A stretch of DNA of 64,000 bases. It comes from Candidatus Sumerlaeota bacterium. GTDB lineage: Bacteria > Sumerlaeota > Sumerlaeia > UBA8349. Below, in pieces: positions 9,254 through 19,071 of this stretch. Position numbers and translations under genes: made by a program. A model generated the notes under the pieces. That model did not search any database, had not been told where the DNA came from, and was given only the letters and a program-made list of their open reading frames with translations. Location of the stretch: assembly GCA_016931035.1 (NCBI GenBank), contig JAFGFN010000181.1, positions 3,664 through 67,663 on the forward strand. Direction: 5' to 3'. The first letter of the stretch is position 1. Every line of letters starts with the position of its first letter.

Positions 9254-9913
9254 CTAGAGCGGGGAGCGTTGCGCTGCGTCGCCCAGGAACGAACGGGCGG
9301 CCGAAACCATCGCGGCGCGAAGCGGCACCATGCTTTTCTCGATTTCTCCCGGCGCCATGTCGATCATGGCGAACGAAAGGAATCCCGAAACGAATCCCGC
9401 TACGGCGCAAGCCAATCGCCGCACCTTGAGTGGGTCGATCGGCTGAGGCACGAACGGAGCGATCTGTTTCCCGATTTCTCGAAGATACAAGTTGAAAGGC
9501 TCCTCGATGGCGCCGTCTTCGTCGCGTTCGAGCTTCAAGAACAACCGGCCCTGAAACAACAAGATGAATTCATCGCGATTCTCTCGAAAGAACCCGAGGT
9601 GCGTGTCGAGCAGACGCTCCAACGTCTCCTGCAGATTCCCGCGCGGTTCTCCCTTGCCTCGAATCCCGACCACGAGCCGGTCCACCGCGTCTTCGATCAG
9701 CGCGGCCATCAACTCGTCTTTGCTCGTGAAATGCCGGTACAGGGTTCCCTTACCTAGGTCCGCCGCCTCAGTGATCTCTTCGATAGTGGTCGCGTCTACA
9801 CCCTTTTCCGAAAAGAGGGCTAAGGCCGCTTGCAACAACTTCTTACGAGTCCGAATAACCCGTTTTTGCGTCCGGGTGACAGGCTCCAAGTCGCTGGCGG
9901 ACCGTCCATTCAT
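9254..9913 (-). CDS. TetR/AcrR family transcriptional regulator
   Basis: RTRKKLLQAALALFSEKG…TTIEEITEAADLGKGTLYRHFTSK HTH. Confidence 0.92.
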   Translation of the reverse strand: MNGRSASDLEPVTRTQKRVIRTRKKLLQAALALFSEKGVDATTIEEITEAADLGKGTLYRHFTSKDELMAALIEDAVDRLVVGIRGKGEPRGNLQETLERLLDTHLGFFRENRDEFILLFQGRLFLKLERDEDGAIEEPFNLYLREIGKQIAPFVPQPIDPLKVRRLACAVAGFVSGFLSFAMIDMAPGEIEKSMVPLRAAMVSAARSFLGDAAQRSPL

Positions 9914-9920
9914 CAGTGGT

Positions 9921-9949
9921 AGTATGGTCACGCCGGACCAAAAAGTCAA
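9921..9949 (-). promoter_or_regulatory. Sigma70-type promoter for tetR/kamA operon with an overlapping inverted repeat (putative operator)
   Basis: Minus strand TTGACT-N17-CATACT. The palindrome TGGTC-N6-GACCA is at 9925-9940. The ATG follows 7 nt after the -10 box. Confidence 0.65.
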
Positions 9950-10060
9950 GAGTGAATGTGCGGTCGCACGCGGTTTTCTTCACCGTGGGCGAGGATACCC
10001 CTACGGCGTGGGGCTAAGGCCAACGATCAGAGTCATGTAGAAGGCCAGGGCTTCGGTTGT

Positions 10061-11953
10061 TTACTCGAGAGTCAACCCTTGGCGACATTCGAGCGCCTCG
10101 TCGATCGGGAAAGCGGGTCGGAGGTGCAGGACGTCGCCCTGGCTTGTGTTGGTGCGGAATCCGATCTCGACGTAGCGTTCTTTCATCAGGATGCGTTTCG
10201 CCGGATCGTAGTCGGGCGACTTCTGTTTCTTCTCGAACACTTCTTCCGCATCGCGTAACGCGTCTTTCAATTCCATCAGGTTCTTGATCGGTTTCTCGTT
10301 CACGGTTTCGATGATGGTCCATCGGGTCATCGGCTCGTAGCCGGACGCGAAGGCGAAACCGTAGGTGGATCGATGTCGAGGATCCATGCCGCGCCGACTG
10401 GCCAGGCTGTTGGGTTCGACGAACGTGACCAGGACTCCGCCGTCCAGGATCTCCTGAGGCGGGATCTCGAAGAGCGGGACGTTGTAGTCGTCGAAATCCT
10501 GCGCGACGAAGTCGCCCCAAAGATCGAACGTCGGTTTCTCGAACGTCCCTTGGTGAGCGAGCGGGACGGGTTGAACGTATTCGAGCTTCTTTTCGAGTGT
10601 CCGGATTCCTTTCTCTCCTTTTCGCACGTACCAGAGCGTGATGTCGTCGTCGACGTCGGAGGTGAGGATCATTTCGGAGAGATGAAGCTTGGCGGGTTCG
10701 GCGCCGTTTTCGTCCGCGTCGGTCGAATCGGTTTCTTGCGACGGCCATTGTTTCATCTTTCCCGTCGTCACGCGGTAGCCCTGGAAATCGAGAGCGCAGG
10801 AAAGGCCCTTCTGCTGGTTGGCGAAACCGACGACGATATCGCGCGGCTCGATTCCCCACTGGTCGGCCAACGACCCCTGGATGACCTCGAGCACCACGAC
10901 GCCGAGCTCGAAGATCACGCAATCCTCGGGCGCGCCGGTCCAGACCCCGGTGCCGGCGAAGTTTTCCGTGACGGTGATTCCCAGTTTGGGAAGCTCGAGC
11001 GGTTTCCGTCCTTGTTCGTTGCCGCGAATGTCGTCGAGGAAATGTTGGACGACATTCGACGGGATGAGCCATCCTTGCGAACCGCGCCATGCGGCGCGCG
11101 AAGGAATGCCGACCACGCGCCCTTCCCGGTCGAGCGCGGGTCCGCCGCTGTTGCCCGGCAGGACGACGCCTCCGGGTCCGACCTCGATGAACTGGTGTCC
11201 GCAGACGAACCGTCCGCCTCCGAGTTTCAGATACTGCCTCCCGGTCACCTTGGCCTGGATGATCTTGAGTTCGTCGCTCGATTGCGGATAACCGAAGATC
11301 GCCAGGGGGTCGGCTTGGCGTACGGTGTCGGAATCGCCGAGCTCGAGATAGGGGATCTGGTCGAGGCCGGAGCGCTTCTTGAATCGCACGACCTCGTCCT
11401 CGGGCAGCTGGAGCAAGGCGATATCGATCGTCTCCGACCCGCCGATGCCGAGGACTTCGGCCTTGAACTCGACGTTGCCGGTCGACGGACTCTTGACCCG
11501 GATGCTCCCGCGTCGGGCTTCCTGGACGACGTGGGCGTTGGTCAGGATCTCGGACTCGCCGATGAAGAACCCCGTCCCGTGAGGCGGCTCGTCGTCCGAG
11601 TAGTAGCGTTCGCTCTTGGTCGGGTTCATCTTGGTCTCTTCGAGATTCTCGATGGCCGTGAACTCGATTTTGACCAGGGCGTTCTGGTGTTGCCGCTTGA
11701 GGTCGGCCAAGTCGATGTCGAACGACGCGGGACGTCCCGAGTCCGCGTTTCGCCCCGCGGCGAGCATTCTGGAGAGTTCCTCGAGCATCTCGGGAGAGGC
11801 GGCTGCGTCCGACGATGGCTCCGGCGCGTCCTCCGGGGCCAGGACGTCGGTCGGGGTCTGCGCCGATTCCTGGGCGAAGACGGTGAAGCCTCCGCAACAC
11901 GCCAGAGCGGCGGCGAGGCAAAGAAGGACAGCGAGCGATCCGTTCGTTTTCAT
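10061..11953 (-). CDS. Secreted trypsin-like (HtrA/DegP-type) serine protease with PDZ-like domains
   Basis: Signal peptide MKTNGSLAVLLCLAAALA…. Catalytic triad motifs GTGF…LTNAHVV, IDIALL and GNSGGP. PDZ-like segments follow. Confidence 0.85.
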   Translation of the reverse strand: MKTNGSLAVLLCLAAALACCGGFTVFAQESAQTPTDVLAPEDAPEPSSDAAASPEMLEELSRMLAAGRNADSGRPASFDIDLADLKRQHQNALVKIEFTAIENLEETKMNPTKSERYYSDDEPPHGTGFFIGESEILTNAHVVQEARRGSIRVKSPSTGNVEFKAEVLGIGGSETIDIALLQLPEDEVVRFKKRSGLDQIPYLELGDSDTVRQADPLAIFGYPQSSDELKIIQAKVTGRQYLKLGGGRFVCGHQFIEVGPGGVVLPGNSGGPALDREGRVVGIPSRAAWRGSQGWLIPSNVVQHFLDDIRGNEQGRKPLELPKLGITVTENFAGTGVWTGAPEDCVIFELGVVVLEVIQGSLADQWGIEPRDIVVGFANQQKGLSCALDFQGYRVTTGKMKQWPSQETDSTDADENGAEPAKLHLSEMILTSDVDDDITLWYVRKGEKGIRTLEKKLEYVQPVPLAHQGTFEKPTFDLWGDFVAQDFDDYNVPLFEIPPQEILDGGVLVTFVEPNSLASRRGMDPRHRSTYGFAFASGYEPMTRWTIIETVNEKPIKNLMELKDALRDAEEVFEKKQKSPDYDPAKRILMKERYVEIGFRTNTSQGDVLHLRPAFPIDEALECRQGLTLE

Positions 11954-12237
11954 TCTACCGGGTCCTTTCTCTCCCCGGGCCGTCGGTCCGGGGACGATCT
12001 CAACATGGGGTGCATGATAACTCTCGCGAGCGGGGATTCTCAATTCGAATAGACCCGAGTGGATCGATCCGATACAGTCCGCTTGCGGAGTCTGCGTTCT
12101 GGCGGTAGACTCGGATCTGGACATGGGCCCGCGGTGCGCGGTCCCGTGCCGAGGCGGCGCATCGTCCTGGATTTTGGGATGGGCAACGTTTCCGGGACGT
12201 TCCTCGCCCGATTCGCATCGATAGGGAGATTCGCAAT

Positions 12238-13821
12238 ATGGTGCTTGGAATTCGATTTCGCTCCACGACGGTGTCCGCTCCGCCGTTTATCGCTCTTTTC
12301 ATCGCTCTCACACTCTCGCCCCTCCCGTGCGCGGGTTGGACGCTCGATTCGAGTCCGATCGGTTGGGCGTCGGTCGACGCCCTGGGCCAGAACGGCACGA
12401 CGGGCGGCGCCGGGGGCACCGTCGTCACCGCTCACAACCGGTCCGAGCTGGAATACTACTGCGGCCTCGCGGGGTCCTACGTCATCCAGGTCGAGGGGAC
12501 GATCGCGATGTCGCCTCTCGGCAGGAAGGCCACGGTCGCGTCGGACAAGACCATCGTCGGCATCGGCGACAATCCGACGATTCTCTACGGCGGGTTTTCG
12601 CTCAACACGGTTCACAACGTCGTCTTCCAGAACCTGACGATCCGGGACTCGTACGTCATGGGAGACTGGGACGGCAAGGACAACGACAACGACGGCATCG
12701 CTTTGCGCACGTCGCACCACATCTGGATCGATCATTGTCATCTCCATCGCGGCGGAGACGGGCTCCTCGACGCGACGATTACCTCGAGCTACATCACGGT
12801 CTCCTGGTGTGTCTTCTCGTATCATAACAAAGGGTGTGGATTCGGCGTCGGCACACTGGAGGACCCGGAACGAATCACCGTTCATCATTCCTGGTTCGTC
12901 AACACCCACCAGCGCAACACGCGCAACGAACAAGCGCGCGTTCATCACTTCAACAACTACTGGACGGGGATCACGTCCTACTGCAACAACTCGAAGACCA
13001 ACACCCAGGTGTTGATCGAGAACTGCTACTTCAAGTCGTCCAAGACGCCGCACGACGAGGAAGAGGGCCTTATCCGCGCCGTCGGCAATCTCTACCCCGA
13101 CACGACCGGCGTCGCCGAGTCGTCGGGCGACACGACGACGGTCCCGCCGCCCCCCTACACCTATACTCTGGACGCCGCGGCCGACGTGCCGGCGATTGTG
13201 GTCGCGGGCGCCGGTCCGAACGGCGGTCACGTCTATTCGGACGACCTGACCCAGACGGTGAAGGTCAACTTCCTCGTGTCGGGCAAGACGACGATGTACG
13301 GCTACCTGAACGACTACGGCGCGGCATTCGGCGACCGAGGCGGGGGATTCACCTACGGGTGGGACGCGTCGAACTCGGGCAACGCGTTCTGGCGCGAGGA
13401 ACTGAATTACAGCGGCACCTCGATGGTGCCGGTCGAGGAAGACCGGCGCCTCAACGGAGGCGTGACCTTCGGAAACGGAACGCGGACCTGGGAGATTCAG
13501 CTCGACAACGACAATTACGACGTGCTTGTCGCGTGCGGCGATCCGCTCGGACCGCCATATTCCTCCGTGAATGCGGTCAACACGATCGACGTGGAAGGGA
13601 CGACGCTGACCGACCCGGACGGAGCGGACCACTACGACGAGTACGAGACGACAGTGAGCGTCGCGGACGGGCGTTTGACGATCGGCCAGGCGACGGGCGG
13701 CTCGGAGGCGCGCATCTGCTACGTCGAGATCGCGGCTGCGGCCCCGACGCCGACTCCCACCTCGACCCCGACCCCGCCGGTCACCGCCGTGGACGCCGAA
13801 TCCTGGATGCTCTATCGGTAG
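12238..13821 (+). CDS. Secreted pectate lyase (PL1) with C-terminal beta-sandwich domain, Pro/Thr linker and WMLYR tail
   Basis: GTTGGAGG, SDKTIVGIG, NVVFQNLTIR, HIWIDHC, DGLLD and YITVSW motifs. Hydrophobic signal peptide. Confidence 0.9.
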   Translation: MVLGIRFRSTTVSAPPFIALFIALTLSPLPCAGWTLDSSPIGWASVDALGQNGTTGGAGGTVVTAHNRSELEYYCGLAGSYVIQVEGTIAMSPLGRKATVASDKTIVGIGDNPTILYGGFSLNTVHNVVFQNLTIRDSYVMGDWDGKDNDNDGIALRTSHHIWIDHCHLHRGGDGLLDATITSSYITVSWCVFSYHNKGCGFGVGTLEDPERITVHHSWFVNTHQRNTRNEQARVHHFNNYWTGITSYCNNSKTNTQVLIENCYFKSSKTPHDEEEGLIRAVGNLYPDTTGVAESSGDTTTVPPPPYTYTLDAAADVPAIVVAGAGPNGGHVYSDDLTQTVKVNFLVSGKTTMYGYLNDYGAAFGDRGGGFTYGWDASNSGNAFWREELNYSGTSMVPVEEDRRLNGGVTFGNGTRTWEIQLDNDNYDVLVACGDPLGPPYSSVNAVNTIDVEGTTLTDPDGADHYDEYETTVSVADGRLTIGQATGGSEARICYVEIAAAAPTPTPTSTPTPPVTAVDAESWMLYR

Positions 13822-13859
13822 GTCTTTGAACGCGGAGACGACCGAAAAGGGAAACTCTC

Positions 13860-15326
13860 GTGATCGAACGACTCGAAGAACTGGACCAGAACAAACCGAT
13901 TCACCTCATCGGCATCGGCGGGTGCGGGATGTCGGGCGTCGCCCTGACTTTGCGATCGATGGGATATACGGTGTCGGGTTCCGACATGAACGACGGAGCG
14001 ACACTCGCGCGTCTGCGCCAGGCGGGGATTGCGGTCGCCGTCGGCCACAATGGCGGGAATATCCCTTCGGGCGCGCAACTTGTGGTAGCCAGCGCGGCGA
14101 TTGCGAAGCACAACCCCGAGTACATGGCGGCCGAAGTGCGCGGAATCCCCTTGGTCAAATACGCCCGAATGCTCGGCATCCTGATGCGCGCGCGCCAAGG
14201 CATCGCCGTCGCCGGGACCCACGGCAAGACGACGACCACGGCGATGGTGGCGCTGGCGCTTCGCGAGCTCGGGGCCGATCCGGGATTCGTCGTCGGAGGC
14301 GACGTGCCGCAGCTGGGCGGCGGCTCGGGCATGGGTTCGTCGGCGTACTTGGTCGCCGAGGCGTGCGAATTCGACCGGTCGTTTCTGAGTCTCTGGCCGC
14401 GCTACGCCATCATCAACAACATCGAGGAAGACCACCTGGACTACTACAGCGGCCTCGAGGAGATCATCGGGGCGTTTCGCGATTTCGCCCTGCGCCTGCC
14501 TCCCGACGGGCTCCTGGTGTACGGCGCGTCGAGCCCGAACATCGCCCGTTTCATCCGCGAGGCGCCGTGCCGCACGGTCGCCTGCGCCCTGGACCGCGAG
14601 GCGGACTATTGGGCGCACGACATTCGCTACGAGCGCGGGCGGAGCGTCTATCGGCTCAAGGTCGGCGCGACTCCGAGCGCCGAAGCGGCTTCGTGCGACG
14701 TCGAGCTGGCGGTGTTCGGCCGCCACAACGTGGTCAACTCGCTCGTCGCCATCGCGCTCGTGCATCAGCTCGGGTTCCCGCTCGACGACACGGTTCGCGC
14801 CGTCGGGAAGTTCCGGGGCGTGCGGCGGCGTTTCGAGATCGTTCACGACGAAAACGACGTTTGCATCGTCGACGACTACGCGCACCATCCGACCGAAGTG
14901 CAAACGGTGCTCAAGTCGTCGAAGATCTACTTCGGCGGACGGCGCGTGATCGCCGTCTTCCAGCCGCACCAGCACAGCCGCACGCGGTTTCTTCTCAAGG
15001 ATTTCGCCCGTTCGTTCCAGTACGCCGATCTGGTGGTCGTGCCCGACATCTATTTCGTCCGCGACTCGGAGACGGAACGCGAGATGGTCCACGCGCGCGA
15101 TCTGGTGCGCGAGATCGTCGGTCACGGCGGCAACGCGGTCTACATCCCGTCGTTCGCCGAGATCGAGCAGTTCCTGGCCAACAACGTCAACCGGGGCGAC
15201 GTGCTCCTCACTATGGGCGCGGGAAACGTGTGGGAGGTCGGCGCGCACCTGGCGCAACGGTTCTCCTCAGCGACTCCCACGCACCACCGTTCGGCGGTTC
15301 GTGAGCCTGAAGGGCTCACCTACTAA
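13860..15326 (+). CDS. murC: UDP-N-acetylmuramate--L-alanine ligase
   Basis: IHLIGIGGCGMSG, AVAGTHGKTTTT, EACEFDRSFL, DHLDYY, RRFE, DDYAHHPTE, FQPHQHSRT and MGAG motifs. Confidence 0.95.
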   Translation: MIERLEELDQNKPIHLIGIGGCGMSGVALTLRSMGYTVSGSDMNDGATLARLRQAGIAVAVGHNGGNIPSGAQLVVASAAIAKHNPEYMAAEVRGIPLVKYARMLGILMRARQGIAVAGTHGKTTTTAMVALALRELGADPGFVVGGDVPQLGGGSGMGSSAYLVAEACEFDRSFLSLWPRYAIINNIEEDHLDYYSGLEEIIGAFRDFALRLPPDGLLVYGASSPNIARFIREAPCRTVACALDREADYWAHDIRYERGRSVYRLKVGATPSAEAASCDVELAVFGRHNVVNSLVAIALVHQLGFPLDDTVRAVGKFRGVRRRFEIVHDENDVCIVDDYAHHPTEVQTVLKSSKIYFGGRRVIAVFQPHQHSRTRFLLKDFARSFQYADLVVVPDIYFVRDSETEREMVHARDLVREIVGHGGNAVYIPSFAEIEQFLANNVNRGDVLLTMGAGNVWEVGAHLAQRFSSATPTHHRSAVREPEGLTY

Positions 15327-15515
15327 AGGCCAGGGCAACGCCCTGGTGAAGGCACATTTCCGTGTCTACCCTAGCCCTGTAGGGGCGTTCTACTCCAAGG
15401 GCAGGAGTGCCCTCGCGTGCTTCCATAGAACGCCCCTACAGGGCTCGCCGTATTCCCGTGGCCTCTCTCCCCGGGCGTTGCCCGGGGCTGTAATAAGACC
15501 GCGCCTTCGGCGCTC
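15301..15515. repeat. REP/BIME-like composite palindromic element, family A, copy 1
   Basis: The first 46 nt are identical to 59117-59162. Contains nested hairpins CCAGGGCAACGCCCTGG, GCCCTGTAGGGGCG…CGCCCCTACAGGGC and CCCGGGCGTTGCCCGGG. Confidence 0.85.
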
Positions 15516-15793
15516 AGGATCGAGATCTGGAAGGAGTTTGGAGGACGACAACTCTTCGTGCAACAAGCATTTGCATCGGACGAACCGCCGAAGGGTGATG
15601 ACTTCCACGAGGTAGTTCGGAGACGATTCCGGGTCGCGGTCTATGCGACTCTGATTCTCGGCGAATTGCGACCCCAGGAGTGGCAATGGAACGGGGGGCG
15701 CAGAGAGGGGACTTCTTCGCTTCTGCGGATTCCCGATGCGGGGCAGGTTCAATTCCACCGGGAAAGCACTGGGGCGCACATAGCGCGCCGTAG

Positions 15794-16699
15794 CTACGGA
15801 CACCTCCGACCCATCGCCCTAACCACGCTCCTGACGAGTGCTTCATCTCGACCGATGACAAGAACGGCGTGTTGTGCAACAGCGAGGTTTATCTCCCTGA
15901 TCACGGAATCACTAGCCTGCTCATGCATGAGCGCGTTTCCCGCGTCTCCAATAGCAAGTGCGATGGTCTGGGTGAGAGGCAAGTACTTGACCGATCCGGG
16001 AGTCCCAATACCAACGGGGAAGGCTGAGGGCCACCTGTCTGAGGGTGGCGGAAAAAGCGAGAATGGCGAGTCCGTCGTGATGAATGACTTTCTTGCCGGG
16101 GCGTGCAAAATGAACCAGTTCATTCGGGAGGCTAAATGTGCGACCTCCTCGGCAACCGCACACATTGTCTCAATGGAGGAATTCCGGGGGACGTCGATCG
16201 AGTATTCATCCCTCGCAACAAAATCGACCATCTCCTCCGGGGAAGCGCACGCTGGCTCACCAGTGAAGCACTCCAGACGCGCGAGGCTCGCACGAGCATG
16301 GGCGGGGTCTGCAAATGCCATCCTGAGCAAGTTCTTCTGATCAGCCGAGACGATGTCGTTGTGCCATTGTTCGAAGACTGGCACTCGACTCTTCATGTAG
16401 CCGACGAAAAGCGATAGGGCTCTCTTCTCTGCCTCGTCGATCGATTCTCCGCGTTCTAACTTGCCGATGATTCTTCCTGCTGGACCGTCAACCTTCTTAG
16501 CCAGTTGGATCTCGACATCGGGATGCTTCTCCCCGTGCTCGTCTTCAACTGAATAGTAGTGACCGATAACGGCTGTGTTCTTCGGGGTAAGGCGCTTGCA
16601 CTCTTCCCTCTCACGGTCGAAGACCCAAACGAGGTCGCTTCGAGAGAATCCGGCAAGGTAGAACTCCGGAAGGTAATGGTGGCGTTTCGGATTCGCCAT
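15794..16699 (-). CDS. DUF4238-family protein
   Basis: N-terminal KRHHYLPEFYLAGF, plus FITTDSP and YLPLT motifs. GC looks lower than neighbouring genes. Confidence 0.75.
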   Translation of the reverse strand: MANPKRHHYLPEFYLAGFSRSDLVWVFDREREECKRLTPKNTAVIGHYYSVEDEHGEKHPDVEIQLAKKVDGPAGRIIGKLERGESIDEAEKRALSLFVGYMKSRVPVFEQWHNDIVSADQKNLLRMAFADPAHARASLARLECFTGEPACASPEEMVDFVARDEYSIDVPRNSSIETMCAVAEEVAHLASRMNWFILHAPARKSFITTDSPFSLFPPPSDRWPSAFPVGIGTPGSVKYLPLTQTIALAIGDAGNALMHEQASDSVIREINLAVAQHAVLVIGRDEALVRSVVRAMGRRCP

Positions 16700-16723
16700 T
16701 CGACACAGAACCTGGTATTCGTC

Positions 16724-18316
<1,593 letters not shown>

Positions 18317-18385
18317 GGAGCGTAGGCTTCCTGTGTCGAACTGAAGTCTATGGTGAATCTGGCGCCAAACTCTTGACGAAGAGGG

Positions 18386-18414
18386 ATTATAGACGAAGCG
18401 CCCATCGGGCGCAA
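18386..18414 (-). promoter_or_regulatory. Sigma70-type promoter for the NtrC-family regulator
   Basis: Minus strand TTGCGC-N17-TATAAT, about 70 nt upstream of the ATG. Confidence 0.6.
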
Positions 18415-18790
18415 GTCGAAAATGGGGCCCCTAGCCGATGAGGCGGTCTTCTCGTTTCATCTCCGTCTTCAAGAAGGGAACCTTGCGTATAAGGCCTGTT
18501 ATATCAGTTATGCGGCTGGACGGTCTCCAGGGGGATACGGTTGGAAGACATTTTGGGGTTGAGCGTCAAAGTCTTGGAGCACATCTGCGAGATTCTTGGA
18601 GAGGCCGGAGGCTCCGCCACGCGCGGATTTCGCCATGTGCGGCGTGTTGCGGAAGAGAAGAACAAGTCCGACAATGGGGTGGAACCGTCGAGAGTTTCTG
18701 TCTTCAGAACGCCTCCTGAGGATTCTTCAAAGAAGAACCCGGTCAGGAGATTTCCAAAGCCGTTCGACTGGAGAAGGAACAAGATTCGGA

Positions 18791-18845
18791 GGCAGGCTGA
18801 AGTCTGGACTCTGAACGAGTTTGGCGTTCAGGCTTCGCCCTGCTT
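18791..18845. repeat. REP-like inverted pair (GCAGGCTGAAG…/…CAGGCTTC family)
   Basis: GCAGGCTGAAGTCTGGACTCTGAAC…GTTCAGGCTTCGCCCTGC. A related copy lies at 47678-47745. Confidence 0.55.
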
Positions 18846-18918
18846 CGGTGTCGCAATGCGACCTTGAGAGTCGTGATGCGACTTTAAAATTCTCCTGAGA
18901 TCTCGGCCCAACCACGGC

Positions 18919-18947
18919 TTGAAAAGACGCGGCGAATCGTGTAAGGT
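18919..18947 (+). promoter_or_regulatory. Putative sigma70 promoter of the pectin-utilisation locus
   Basis: TTGAAA-N17-TAAGGT, about 125 nt upstream of the first pectate lyase. Confidence 0.4.
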
Positions 18948-19071
18948 CGGGAATCATGATGTCTGGTTTCTCTAGTAGGGAAGAGACCTTCTTCCATCGG
19001 CCCCGACCGACTTTTCGAACGCCCTCTTCCTCACGGATCGCAATTCCATTTGAACAGGGAGTCTCTCGACC

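Noticed and set aside
15740..15780. GGTTCAATTCC resembling a tRNA T-loop
   Set aside because: No cloverleaf, acceptor stem or CCA could be built around it.
15815..15830. GTTAGGGC/GCCCTAAC as an integron attC core beside the DUF4238 gene
   Set aside because: It lies inside the CDS, there is no paired inverse core or stem, and no integrase is present.
18438..18870. Short ORFs between the NtrC regulator and the first pectate lyase
   Set aside because: No recognisable motifs or RBS, mutually overlapping frames, and the region contains promoters and a REP pair.
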